From assembly GCA_964458105.1 (NCBI GenBank), contig CAYWJJ010000014.1, forward strand, positions 7,249 through 71,248: a stretch of DNA of 64,000 nucleotides. The letters are read 5' to 3'. A program made the translations under genes and the position numbers. This document shows, in pieces, positions 37,386-46,676 of the stretch. Source of the stretch: an uncultured Geobacter sp. (GTDB taxonomy: Bacteria > Desulfobacterota > Desulfuromonadia > Geobacterales > Pseudopelobacteraceae). Numbering within the stretch: position 1 is the stretch's first letter; each line of letters opens with the position of its first letter. The notes beneath the pieces are model-generated. The model ran no database searches. It was not told the origin of the DNA and saw only the letters and a list, made by a program, of their open reading frames with translations.

Positions 37386-38309
37386 TTACGGCTGTCCGCT
37401 GCCCATATATGGCAGCTTGCCTCTTCCCCTTTTCCTGGTAATCATCTTCAACAGATTTCCGGATTTCTTTATGATGCGGCTCAATTGATACTCAATGAAA
37501 ACAGATCTGGCAAAGTATTTTCTGCGAAATTCCATTTCATCACGACTGAAAGCCACATCGGAGTGGGTGGAACTCAATCCGTCCACATCGTTATAGATTG
37601 CAATCAGCATGGGAATATATACAAAACGGAACCGTCCGCTGTGGTAACAGCGCACATTCAAATGATAATCCGCCACTATGGCATAACGGAGATCATACTC
37701 GAATGTATCGAACACGGAACGGGGGTAGAAGGTTGCCTGGTGCGGCAGATTCTTTCTGATTAACTTCCGAGCGCCGAATCTGCCTCCTGTAATCCTGTTC
37801 TTCTTATATGAATAAACATCTCCATGGTATATCTCATCAGGCTTCTTAAGCCATTTTGCAACCATCCCCAGGCAATTGAGCAGCACGTCGTCACTTCCCA
37901 GAAAATAAATCCAGTCTCCCGAAGCAAAGGATGCACCTTTGTTCATGGCATCATAAACGCCCTTGTCCGGTTCAGAGATCCAGAAATGGATTTGAGAATC
38001 ATACTGCCTGATGATATCCAGGGTACCGTCGTTAGAATCACCATCGATGATGATGAGCTCAACATTAGGGTACTGTTGGTCTATCACGCTTCTTATGGCT
38101 TCCTGTAATGTGGCGGCGCCGTTTCGGACCGGTATGATGACCGAAATCAAGGGACTGCCGGGTTGTGCCGAATTAACGCTACCCTTTGCCAGCAATCCAC
38201 CGCTCAAGCCTGATATGCTGCGTCGTTTCCTGGTTGGGAGTTTGGGCCCGCCACCCTGATCTGACGCAGAAGAGTCCGTTCTGGCCGTATCCAAAGTTGC
38301 CTCAAGCAT
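37386..38309 (-). CDS. Glycosyltransferase family 2 (the N-terminal ~55 aa are low complexity, so the true start may be an internal TTG)
   Basis: ISVIIPVRNGA..L.EAI.SV..Q.YPNVELIIIDG.S.DGT.DI; GSDD motif. Confidence 0.75.
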   Translation of the reverse strand: MLEATLDTARTDSSASDQGGGPKLPTRKRRSISGLSGGLLAKGSVNSAQPGSPLISVIIPVRNGAATLQEAIRSVIDQQYPNVELIIIDGDSNDGTLDIIRQYDSQIHFWISEPDKGVYDAMNKGASFASGDWIYFLGSDDVLLNCLGMVAKWLKKPDEIYHGDVYSYKKNRITGGRFGARKLIRKNLPHQATFYPRSVFDTFEYDLRYAIVADYHLNVRCYHSGRFRFVYIPMLIAIYNDVDGLSSTHSDVAFSRDEMEFRRKYFARSVFIEYQLSRIIKKSGNLLKMITRKRGRGKLPYMGSGQP

Positions 38310-39402
38310 TGCTGCAATACCTCTTGAGTTCCGAGAGCACCTCTTCAGGTGTTAATTGCTCCAGGCATTCCATCTTTCCCCGCGTGGAAATGGAGCATGT
38401 CTCACGGTTGCAGGGAACGCAGGGCCAATCCTTTTGAACAACGGTCACGTTCCCCGAGCGCTGCAGCCCCTTATTGGCAGAAAAAGGAGAAGGTTCCGGG
38501 CAACCGTTGGGCCAGGGTCCCCAGTAGCGGGTCAGGCTGGGACCGAACAGCGCCACTGTCGGTGTCTCAAGGGCGGCGGCCATATGCGTGACAACGGTAT
38601 CGATGCCCACGAAGGCAGCACTGCCCCTGATGACTCCAGCCAACTGACCAAGGGTGCATGGCTCCTTGAATGTGAGTACATCATGCGGGGCTGTTGCCAG
38701 AATTTCCTGAAGATACGATCCGTCAGCCGGGTCCGGGGTCGTTGTGAAGAACGCTTTGCAATCGGTCTGCTCCTGGATCAGGCTGGCCAGAACGCCCCAC
38801 TTTTCCGCCGGCCAGTACTTGCAGCTGTTCCGGCTGTAGGGGTGCAGGACCACATATTTTTCTGCCGGTATGATCGTGCTGGCGAATGACAGGTCCTTGT
38901 CGTCATAACCCATCGCCACCCGTGGGGCTGGGGCGATTCCCAGGGGTTCCAGCAGCGACAGGATATTGGCGACCACATGCACGCGGTCATCACAAAAGCG
39001 GTGTGCGGAAAGGAGGGCCTTTTTCCACCAGGCATCTTTTCTGTCGTAGATCAATCCGATGGAGGCTTTGCCGGCCATCGCCGCCGCAAGGAGCGTCCTG
39101 TCGGACGGGTAGGCGGCAATCGACAGGTCATACCTGCGGAAAAGAGAGATCAATACTGATGCGTTGCTCTCTTTTTGTGGAACAGTGATGATATTTCTGA
39201 CAAGAGAGTTATGGGCCAGTACCCCCTCGGTTCCTTCGAAGACAAGATAATCGATTATTGCACCCGGCAAGGACTGTTTGATCGAAGCTGCCAGCGGTGT
39301 CGTTACCAGTACATCGCCGATAAACCTGAAACAGACGATCAGGATCGACTGTGTTCTGCCTATTTGCAAGGTTTTGCTAGTAATAGCGCAACCTCCCGTC
39401 AA
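38302..39402 (-). CDS. Glycosyltransferase family 9 (heptosyltransferase-like)
   Basis: ILIVCFRFIGDVLVTTPL; C-terminal GIDTVVTHMAAA. An alternative TTG start at 39369 would avoid overlap with the upstream gene. Confidence 0.75.
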   Translation of the reverse strand: MTGGCAITSKTLQIGRTQSILIVCFRFIGDVLVTTPLAASIKQSLPGAIIDYLVFEGTEGVLAHNSLVRNIITVPQKESNASVLISLFRRYDLSIAAYPSDRTLLAAAMAGKASIGLIYDRKDAWWKKALLSAHRFCDDRVHVVANILSLLEPLGIAPAPRVAMGYDDKDLSFASTIIPAEKYVVLHPYSRNSCKYWPAEKWGVLASLIQEQTDCKAFFTTTPDPADGSYLQEILATAPHDVLTFKEPCTLGQLAGVIRGSAAFVGIDTVVTHMAAALETPTVALFGPSLTRYWGPWPNGCPEPSPFSANKGLQRSGNVTVVQKDWPCVPCNRETCSISTRGKMECLEQLTPEEVLSELKRYCSNA

Positions 39403-40195
39403 TCCATTTTTCTACCAGGGTGTGCCGGTGCAGCAATCTTTCTCCCGAACTATGAAGCCAGTTGACCATTTTAACCTTGTTGCGTCTCAGAGCCCGTTGC
39501 CACCAGGAAAGACGCCATTTCTTGTTGAAGTAGGCCTTGTTCTCCAAGGCATAGGGGTTGGCCTTATATACTGTGCTTAAGGAATTCTGAGTGATTGATC
39601 CAAAGTGGTGCATAAATGAGTTGCCTACTGTAGCAATGTTATAATTTGCAAGTTTTGCTCTCAGGAAAAAATCAGAATCTTCGTATTGACCTATACGGAA
39701 ATTCTCATCAAAGTAACCGATGTCCTTGAAAACCTTGTGATGCACCATGAAACAGATGCCGTGGGCTATGCCACGCCGGATTGTGTTATGCATACATGAA
39801 ACATATTCACTTGCATATGGTTCAATGTCATAGTTGTAGTCACCCTCTCTTATTGCCGGGCAAATTATGTCAAGATCCCATAGTGTAGCCGCTTTAAGCA
39901 GGCCGTCGAGCCAAAGTGGAGAGACGATTACGTCGTTGTTGAGAACGACTATCCATTCAGCTTCAGAAGCGGCTTTTACCCCTTGATTCCATGCCCCGGC
40001 ACATCCACGGTTCTCGTTGTTGCTGATAACTGTTATATCGTTTCTGGAGGCCAGGTACTCAGCAGTGCTGTCCGAGGAAGCATTGTCTATCACGATAATC
40101 TTGATTTGGCCCTCTGTGTATCTAGCAAGACTTTCAAGACAAAGCTTTGTGAAGTGTACTTGATTATAAAGAGGTATGATGATGGCTATCGTCAT
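39377..40195 (-). CDS. Glycosyltransferase family 2
   Basis: MTIAIIIPLYNQ...T..CL.SL......QIKIIVIDNASSDSTAEYL; NND motif. Confidence 0.8.
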   Translation of the reverse strand: MTIAIIIPLYNQVHFTKLCLESLARYTEGQIKIIVIDNASSDSTAEYLASRNDITVISNNENRGCAGAWNQGVKAASEAEWIVVLNNDVIVSPLWLDGLLKAATLWDLDIICPAIREGDYNYDIEPYASEYVSCMHNTIRRGIAHGICFMVHHKVFKDIGYFDENFRIGQYEDSDFFLRAKLANYNIATVGNSFMHHFGSITQNSLSTVYKANPYALENKAYFNKKWRLSWWQRALRRNKVKMVNWLHSSGERLLHRHTLVEKWIDGRLRYY

Positions 40196-40268
40196 TTGTG
40201 GTCACTGCCTTGATAAAAGATCACGCTGCTCTTGCTACGGGTGAGCAATGGTTCGGGTATTACACCCA

Positions 40269-41126
40269 TCATGTATTGGGGCGTCCCTGGCCTGTTTGCG
40301 GAGTATTTTCCGATAGCTCCCAGAGTTTCGCATATTTCATAAATGTACTGAATGAATGGAGACTCGCATAAATAAAGCCGGGAATACCATCCCTGAATCC
40401 ACCTTTGAACAGGTAGAGCCGTACAAAAGCATGCACAGGATTTAGTACCAATCCCTTCCATCCCGTTTTTTTGCCGGCCTTGAATTTTTCTCCGGCTTGC
40501 AGGCCAGAATCAAAATCGAGCTTGTACAGCCTTTGATGTAGAGTCTCTCCTGTAAAATGTAGCAGAGGGGATTTGAAGCTGTAAATATGGCCTTTATCCA
40601 GTAAAAGAGTGTCGAATCCTTTACCGGGATCCTCATTATAACGGCCGGCTCCTTTTTTTAGAAAACGGCGGGTGTAGTTGGGGTATGAGCTTCGAATCCA
40701 CCGCCCAAAGAAAAAATTCTTTCGTGGGATTTCTCCTCCGACAAAACTGTGCGAACTGTCGGTGTTTATAAGATGAAGTATTTCATCTCGGAGTTCATCG
40801 GTAACTCGTTCGTCTGCATCGAGAAAAAGCAGCCAGTCTGAATTAGCCAGATCTAGCCCGATGTTACGTTGTGTGCCTACCATTCCCGGCCACTGTTTTT
40901 GGATCACCTGGGAGGTGTACTTCAAGGAAATCGATACGGTTTGGTCATCACTGTATGAATCAATAACAATTATCTCATCTGCCCATTTAACGCACTCCAG
41001 GCAGTCGGCGATATTACTCTCTTCATTCTTTGTTATTATTACAACAGAGATGGTTTTGTTCACATTAGTCCTCGGCAAAACGATGCGGGGATTTGATAGC
41101 AGTAAAGTTGTCTGTGTGGACGACAA
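40269..41126 (-). CDS. Glycosyltransferase family 2 (KdtX/WaaE-like core glycosyltransferase)
   Basis: ISVVIITKNEE.NI..CLE.VKWADEIIVIDS.S.D.T and DADE motifs. Confidence 0.8.
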   Translation of the reverse strand: MSSTQTTLLLSNPRIVLPRTNVNKTISVVIITKNEESNIADCLECVKWADEIIVIDSYSDDQTVSISLKYTSQVIQKQWPGMVGTQRNIGLDLANSDWLLFLDADERVTDELRDEILHLINTDSSHSFVGGEIPRKNFFFGRWIRSSYPNYTRRFLKKGAGRYNEDPGKGFDTLLLDKGHIYSFKSPLLHFTGETLHQRLYKLDFDSGLQAGEKFKAGKKTGWKGLVLNPVHAFVRLYLFKGGFRDGIPGFIYASLHSFSTFMKYAKLWELSENTPQTGQGRPNT

Positions 41127-41129
41127 TTG

Positions 41130-42158
41130 TCACGAATTATTCCCGCGTGTTATTAGATCCGGTGTGTTTTCCACAAACCAGCGATAGACATCCCGCAGAC
41201 CTTCTTCCAGATTGATTCGATGCTTCCAGCCCAGGCTGTGCAGACGGGAAGAATCGGCCAGCTTTCGTGGGGTTCCGTCGGGTTTTGAAGTGTCGAAATC
41301 AAGCTTCCCTTCGAAACCGACAACTTCTTTGACCATCCCGGCCAGTTCGGCAATGCTGACCTCCTGTCCGGAGCCCACATTAATCAGGGCCGGTGCCGGG
41401 ACGTAGGATAAAAGCGAGGAGTAGACCTCTTCGGACTGGTTGATCAGGTAGAGACATGCATCGGCCATATCGTCAACGTGCATGAATTCGCGCAGGGGAG
41501 CACCGCTGCCCCAGACAGTCACCATTGAGGCGCCGGATTGCTTGGCTTCGTGAAACTTGCGAATCAGGGCCGGCAGGACATGGGAGTTTGTCAGGTCGAA
41601 ATTGTCGTTGGGGCCATAGAGGTTGTTGGGCATGGCGGAAAGGAATCTGGTGCCGTACTGCTCATTATAGGAGCGGCACTGTGCTATGCCGGCAATCTTG
41701 GCAATGGCGTAGGCATCGTTGGTCGGTTCCAGCGCTCCGGTCAGCAGATATTCCTCTTTTATGGGCTGTGGCGATAATTTGGGATAGATGCAGGTGCTGC
41801 CAAGAAAAAGCAGTCGTTTTACTCCGCTGGTATAGGCGCTGTGTATGACGTTGGTCTGGATCATCAGGTTGTCGTAGATAAACTCGCCTTTGCGGGTGCT
41901 GTTGGCGATAATCCCGCCGACACGTGCCGCGGCCAGAAAAACATAGTCAGGGCGTTCGTTGTAGAAAAACTCGGCGACGGCGGTCTGGTTACGCAGATCC
42001 AGTTCAGCCGAACTGCGCAAAATCAGGTTGTCATACCCCTCGGACCGCAGACTGCGGACAATGGCGGAGCCGACCATCCCGCCATGACCGGCAACATAGA
42101 TGCGGGCGTCAGAAGGAATAATATGAGAATTGCTTGGTAACCGGTGATGAATGGGCAT
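41130..42158 (-). CDS. fcl: GDP-L-fucose synthase (GDP-4-keto-6-deoxymannose 3,5-epimerase/4-reductase)
   Basis: I prefer the start at 42158 (MPIHH..), which avoids overlap with the upstream gene. Motifs IYVAGH.GMVGSAI.R, A.VGGI.AN, FLGS.CIYPK, YA.AKIAG and NLYGP.DNF. Confidence 0.85.
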   Translation of the reverse strand: MPIHHRLPSNSHIIPSDARIYVAGHGGMVGSAIVRSLRSEGYDNLILRSSAELDLRNQTAVAEFFYNERPDYVFLAAARVGGIIANSTRKGEFIYDNLMIQTNVIHSAYTSGVKRLLFLGSTCIYPKLSPQPIKEEYLLTGALEPTNDAYAIAKIAGIAQCRSYNEQYGTRFLSAMPNNLYGPNDNFDLTNSHVLPALIRKFHEAKQSGASMVTVWGSGAPLREFMHVDDMADACLYLINQSEEVYSSLLSYVPAPALINVGSGQEVSIAELAGMVKEVVGFEGKLDFDTSKPDGTPRKLADSSRLHSLGWKHRINLEEGLRDVYRWFVENTPDLITRGNNS

Positions 42159-42204
42159 AGCTTTAAGTCCTGGAAGATGGAGTGGTGCTGTGTAATTACA
42201 TGTT

Positions 42205-43161
42205 CTATTTTTCGGCGGCAATCATGATCCGGACAACGTCCTTCATGCTGGTCCTGGCCTGCCAACCCAGCTCTGTTAACGCTTTCCGTGGGTTGCCTCT
42301 GCTGATCATGATTTCGGAGGGACGCAGTAAAGAGGGGTCGGTATAAACATGATCTTGCCAGGCAAGGCCCAGTTGGGAAAACGTCTCGATCACGAAACTT
42401 TCCAACGTGTTGGTTTCGCCGGTGGCTATCACGTAATCGGATGGGGTTTCCTGCTGAAGCATACGCCACATGGCATCCACATATTCTGAAGCAAGACCCC
42501 AGTCGCGGGCAATGGAGATGTTGCCCAGTTGCAGTTTTTCAGGACTTCCAGCGGCAATGCGGCAGGCTGATGAAATTATCTTGCGGGTGACAAAACGCTC
42601 CGGGCGGAGAGGGGATTCGTGGTTGAAGAGAATTCCGGTACATGCGAACAGATTGTAGGCTTCCCGGTAGTTGGCAACTTCCCAGTGTGCTGCCGATTTT
42701 GCCACGGCGTAGGGGCTGCGGGGGCGAAACGGCGTGTTTTCATCCGCTGGGGCGCCGCCGGTGTCTCCAAAGCATTCGCTGGAACCAGCGCTGTATAACC
42801 TGATAGGGCGCTTCAGAAAGCGGATGGACTCCAGCAGATTCAAGGTGCCGAGGGTAACGCTTTCCAGTGTTTCTACCGGTTGGTCGAACGAAAGTCCGAC
42901 CGAGCTTTGGCCCGCCAGGTTGTATATCTCGTCCGGCTGAACCTTGGAGAGCGTTTGCAGTACGCTACGGAAGTCATTCAATGCCATTGAGAGCAGTGTC
43001 ACCTGCTGGCGGATTCCCAACTTCTCAAGGTTATAAAATGTGGCCATCTGGGCATCACGGGCAGTGCCAAACACCTGGTATCCGTTGTCCAGAAGCAGTC
43101 TGGCCAGATAGGCGCCATCCTGGCCTGAGATTCCACTTATGAGAGCTTTTTTGTTGCTCAT
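42205..43161 (-). CDS. GDP-mannose 4,6-dehydratase, short (~320 aa) type paralogue
   Basis: KKALISGISGQDGAYLA.LLL..GY.V.G, SPYAVAK and [10 protein letters not shown]...FVTRK. Confidence 0.8.
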   Translation of the reverse strand: MSNKKALISGISGQDGAYLARLLLDNGYQVFGTARDAQMATFYNLEKLGIRQQVTLLSMALNDFRSVLQTLSKVQPDEIYNLAGQSSVGLSFDQPVETLESVTLGTLNLLESIRFLKRPIRLYSAGSSECFGDTGGAPADENTPFRPRSPYAVAKSAAHWEVANYREAYNLFACTGILFNHESPLRPERFVTRKIISSACRIAAGSPEKLQLGNISIARDWGLASEYVDAMWRMLQQETPSDYVIATGETNTLESFVIETFSQLGLAWQDHVYTDPSLLRPSEIMISRGNPRKALTELGWQARTSMKDVVRIMIAAEK

Positions 43162-43162
43162 C

Positions 43163-44281
43163 CTAATTCTCTATTGCAACCGGCAATTCGTAGCCATGTT
43201 TTTTGAGGAGTGCGTGGCGCTGGGCAATCAGTAAATCCTGGGCCACCATTTCGGCACACATCTCCTGAACCGTGATTTCGGGGGTCCATCCCAACTTGGC
43301 TTTGGCCTTGGCGGGGTCGCCCAGCAGGGTGTCAACTTCGGCAGGCCTGAAATAACGCGGATCAACCCGTACGATGATGTCCCCGGGCTTAAGGGCCGGT
43401 GCCTTGTCGCCCTGAATTTGTTCGACAATGGCCCGTTCGTCTACTCCCTGGCCTTCAAAGCGCAGGCTGATTCCCAGTTCCGCAGCCGACCAGAGGATGA
43501 ACCGGCGAACTGAATACTGCAGGCCGGTGGCAATTACAAAGTCTTCAGCCTGCTGTTGCTGCAACATCATCCACTGCATTCTGACGTAGTCCTTGGCATG
43601 TCCCCAGTCGCGCAGCGAGTCCATGTTGCCCATGAACAGACATTGTTCAAGGCCCTGTGCGATGTTGGCAAGGCCGCGGGTGATCTTGCGGGTGACGAAC
43701 GTTTCGCCTCGGCGCGGGGACTCATGGTTGAAAAGGATGCCGTTACAGGCGTAGATGCCGTAGGCCTCCCGATAGTTTACTGTTATCCAGTAGGCGTAGA
43801 GCTTGGCAACTGCATAGGGGGAACGGGGGTAGAAAGGAGTGCTCTCCTTCTGAGGGGTCTCCTGCACCAGGCCGTAAAGTTCGGAACTGGAGGCCTGGTA
43901 GAAACGGGTTTTTTTCTCCAGTCCCAGCAGGCGAATCGCCTCCAGCAATCGCAAGGTCCCCAAACCATCTGCATCCGCAGTGTATTCAGGCGCTTCAAAG
44001 CTGACAGCTACATGGGATTGGGCACCCAGATTATAGATTTCATCCGGCTGTACCTGCTGCACGATGCGGGTGAGGTTGGAGGCGTCGGTCAGGTCGCCGT
44101 AGTGCAGGATGAAATGCTGGTTTTCAACGTGTGGGTCCTGATAGATATGATCAACCCGTTGGGTGTTGAGAGACGATGCGCGCCGTTTAATCCCGTGGAC
44201 CTCATAACCTTTTGACAACAGTAACTCCGCCAGGTAGGAACCGTCCTGTCCGGTGATGCCGGTGATGAGTGCTTTTTTCAT
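43163..44281 (-). CDS. gmd: GDP-mannose 4,6-dehydratase (long, E. coli Gmd-like type)
   Basis: [93 protein letters not shown]. Confidence 0.9.
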   Translation of the reverse strand: MKKALITGITGQDGSYLAELLLSKGYEVHGIKRRASSLNTQRVDHIYQDPHVENQHFILHYGDLTDASNLTRIVQQVQPDEIYNLGAQSHVAVSFEAPEYTADADGLGTLRLLEAIRLLGLEKKTRFYQASSSELYGLVQETPQKESTPFYPRSPYAVAKLYAYWITVNYREAYGIYACNGILFNHESPRRGETFVTRKITRGLANIAQGLEQCLFMGNMDSLRDWGHAKDYVRMQWMMLQQQQAEDFVIATGLQYSVRRFILWSAAELGISLRFEGQGVDERAIVEQIQGDKAPALKPGDIIVRVDPRYFRPAEVDTLLGDPAKAKAKLGWTPEITVQEMCAEMVAQDLLIAQRHALLKKHGYELPVAIEN

Positions 44282-44366
44282 GATTCAGCTCCTGTGTTTA
44301 TTGAATTGTAATGATAAATAAAAATAACGAAACGTAACAACAATTTAAGTAGCTGCGGAACATCTT

Positions 44367-45377
44367 TCAGCAGTGGTAGTATTCCTTATACCAGCTCACA
44401 AAGTTCCTGATTCCATCTTCTATGGAAGTGGCCGGACGGAAACCGACATCATTCATCAGGTCATCAACATCGGCATAGGTGGCCGGCACATCACCGGCCT
44501 GGAGGGGCAGCAGGTTCTTGGTGGCCTGCCTGCCGAGGCACCGTTCCAGCACTTCTATGAAACGCATCAGTTCCACGGGCTGATTGTTTCCGATGTTGTA
44601 GATTTTATAAGGGGCATAGCTGGTGCCCGGGTCAGGTTCCGCACCGCTCCAGCTTGGGTCGGACTGCGGAGTGCTGCCGATAACCCGCACCACACCTTCG
44701 ACAATATCGTCCACGTAGGTAAAATCCCGCAGCATCTTGCCATGGTTGAAAACATCAATGGGGCGCCCCTCCAGGATCGCTTTTGTGAACAGGAACAGGG
44801 CCATGTCAGGGCGGCCCCATGGTCCGTAAACGGTAAAAAAGCGCAAACCGGTGGTGGGGATTCCGTAAAGGCTGGAATAGGTATGGGCCATCAGTTCGTT
44901 GGCCTTTTTAGTGGCGGCGTACAGTGACACCGGGTGGTCCACGTTGTGATGAATCGAGAACGGCATGGCGGTGTTGGCGCCGTATACCGAGCTGGATGAA
45001 GCGTATACCAGGTGCTTTACGCCATGATGCCGGCATCCCTCAAGGATGTTGATGAAGCCGCAGATGTTGCTGTCTATGTAGGCGTAGGGATTTGTCAGCG
45101 AATAGCGCACCCCGGCCTGGGCCGCCAGATTGACGACGGTATCGAATTTGCCGGATTCGAAGAGCTGATGCAGCGGTTCCCGCTCTTCAAGCCCCATCTT
45201 TATGAAACTGAAGTTGGGCAGTTGTTCCAGTTGTGCGAGACGGTCCTGCTTCAGGCGTACGTCATAATAGTCGTTCAGGTTGTCGAGTCCGAAAACCCGG
45301 TTGCCGTCCGCAATCAGTCGCTTGCTGAGATGAAAACCTATAAAACCTGCTGCACCGGTAACCAGTATGTGTTTCAT
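44367..45377 (-). CDS. NAD-dependent nucleotide-sugar 4-epimerase (UDP-glucuronate 4-epimerase-like)
   Basis: [15 protein letters not shown]...[31 protein letters not shown]. Confidence 0.85.
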   Translation of the reverse strand: MKHILVTGAAGFIGFHLSKRLIADGNRVFGLDNLNDYYDVRLKQDRLAQLEQLPNFSFIKMGLEEREPLHQLFESGKFDTVVNLAAQAGVRYSLTNPYAYIDSNICGFINILEGCRHHGVKHLVYASSSSVYGANTAMPFSIHHNVDHPVSLYAATKKANELMAHTYSSLYGIPTTGLRFFTVYGPWGRPDMALFLFTKAILEGRPIDVFNHGKMLRDFTYVDDIVEGVVRVIGSTPQSDPSWSGAEPDPGTSYAPYKIYNIGNNQPVELMRFIEVLERCLGRQATKNLLPLQAGDVPATYADVDDLMNDVGFRPATSIEDGIRNFVSWYKEYYHC

Positions 45378-46462
45378 GGTTTGAACCTTCCTGGGACATT
45401 TGTTTGGCCGTTATCAGTTATTGAAGCCATAAGCCTGATGCTTGAATCCACCACATCGTCAGCCGTGACCGCCGTCATGCATTCATGATTGGTTGGGCAG
45501 ACCCGCAGTTTGCAGGGCGCGCAGGGCACATCCCTGCGGATGATGACCGCTTTGTCTGTGTACGGCGATGTAGTGGCGTGGTCGGTGGAGCCGAATATTG
45601 CCGCCAGGGGCACGCCGAAAGCCGCCGCGATGTGCATTGGCCCTGAGTCGTTGGTGACAAAGAAATTGCAGCGTTTGATCAGTGCCATCAATTCGCGTAC
45701 AGAGGTTTTGCCGGCCAGGTTGACTCCGTCGCCGGTAAGCCGATTCTCTATGTCAGCCGCTATTTCGGTTTCCGAAGGGCCGCCAAAAATGATTATCTTG
45801 GCTGAGCATTCCGCTGCCAGTCGACTGGCCACTTCAGCAAAACGCTCAGGGTACCAGCGCTTGGCCGAGCCAAATGCAGCGCCCGGGTTGATGCCGATCA
45901 GAAAGTCATCGGCTGATATTCCGTGAGCCGCAAGCCTTCCCGCGGCTTTCGAATCTTCTTCCAGCGTGGTGAAAAGACTCGGCTTTTCAAGCTTTCCCGA
46001 AATACCGAAGTGACGCACAAGATCCAGGTAATAGCCGACTTCGTGGATAACGGCAGTTCCCTTGGCAGGCAGGTAGCGTCCGGTCAGCATGAAACCTCGC
46101 CCGTCACTGTTCTTGCCAAGTCTGGCAGGAATGCCGGCCAGCCATGGCACCAGCGCCGAGTCAAATGAGTTGGGCAAAATAATGGCCAAATCAAAGGACT
46201 CTTTTCGCAGTTCCTGCGACAGCCTGAATCGGCCCAATATCCCCTTGTGTCTGCCTTTGCGGTCGAACGTGATAACTCTGTCAACCCACTCGTGGTGAGA
46301 AAAAAATTCTCCAACCATCTGGTTGGCCAGCACGGTGATCTCCGCCTGCGGGAAGTGCTGTCGTATCAGGCCTATGGCAGGAGTGGTCATGACCGCGTCG
46401 CCAACCCAGTTAACCGCCCGGATCAGGATGCGATGGATAGCGGCGCCTTTTTTAGCGGTCAT
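45374..46462 (-). CDS. waaF: LPS heptosyltransferase II-like glycosyltransferase family 9
   Basis: I prefer the ATG at 46462; the ORF track begins one codon earlier at a [34 protein letters not shown] and C..C....CP motifs. Confidence 0.8.
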   Translation of the reverse strand: MTAKKGAAIHRILIRAVNWVGDAVMTTPAIGLIRQHFPQAEITVLANQMVGEFFSHHEWVDRVITFDRKGRHKGILGRFRLSQELRKESFDLAIILPNSFDSALVPWLAGIPARLGKNSDGRGFMLTGRYLPAKGTAVIHEVGYYLDLVRHFGISGKLEKPSLFTTLEEDSKAAGRLAAHGISADDFLIGINPGAAFGSAKRWYPERFAEVASRLAAECSAKIIIFGGPSETEIAADIENRLTGDGVNLAGKTSVRELMALIKRCNFFVTNDSGPMHIAAAFGVPLAAIFGSTDHATTSPYTDKAVIIRRDVPCAPCKLRVCPTNHECMTAVTADDVVDSSIRLMASITDNGQTNVPGRFKP

Positions 46463-46465
46463 CAA

Positions 46466-46633
46466 TCACTGTATCCTGACCGCCTCATCCTTCAGCATGA
46501 TTGGAATGCCGTTTCTGACCGGATAGAGCAGGCCGCATGGGATGCAGAGCAGAGAATTTCTGTCACTGTCGGGGACAAGGTTCCCTTTGCAGACAGGGCA
46601 GGCTAGTTTGTCGATGAATTCATCCGAAATCAT
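46466..46633 (-). CDS. Trm112/YcaR-family small zinc-ribbon protein (55 aa, below the ORF-track cutoff)
   Basis: My own translation of the minus strand gives MISDEFIDKLACPVCKGNLVPDSDRNSLLCIPCGLLYPVRNGIPIMLKDEAVRIQ*. It sits between lpxK and waaF, and ycaR-type genes commonly follow lpxK. Confidence 0.75.
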   Translation of the reverse strand: MISDEFIDKLACPVCKGNLVPDSDRNSLLCIPCGLLYPVRNGIPIMLKDEAVRIQ

Positions 46634-46676
46634 GGTGTTGGATCCAGTGGTAATTAAATACGATATAATGACACAA

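Noticed and set aside
40192-40461. 89-aa minus-strand ORF spanning the gap between two GT2 genes
   Set aside because: It mostly overlaps the 3' end of the 40269-41126 GT2 gene in another frame. It has no RBS or motifs.
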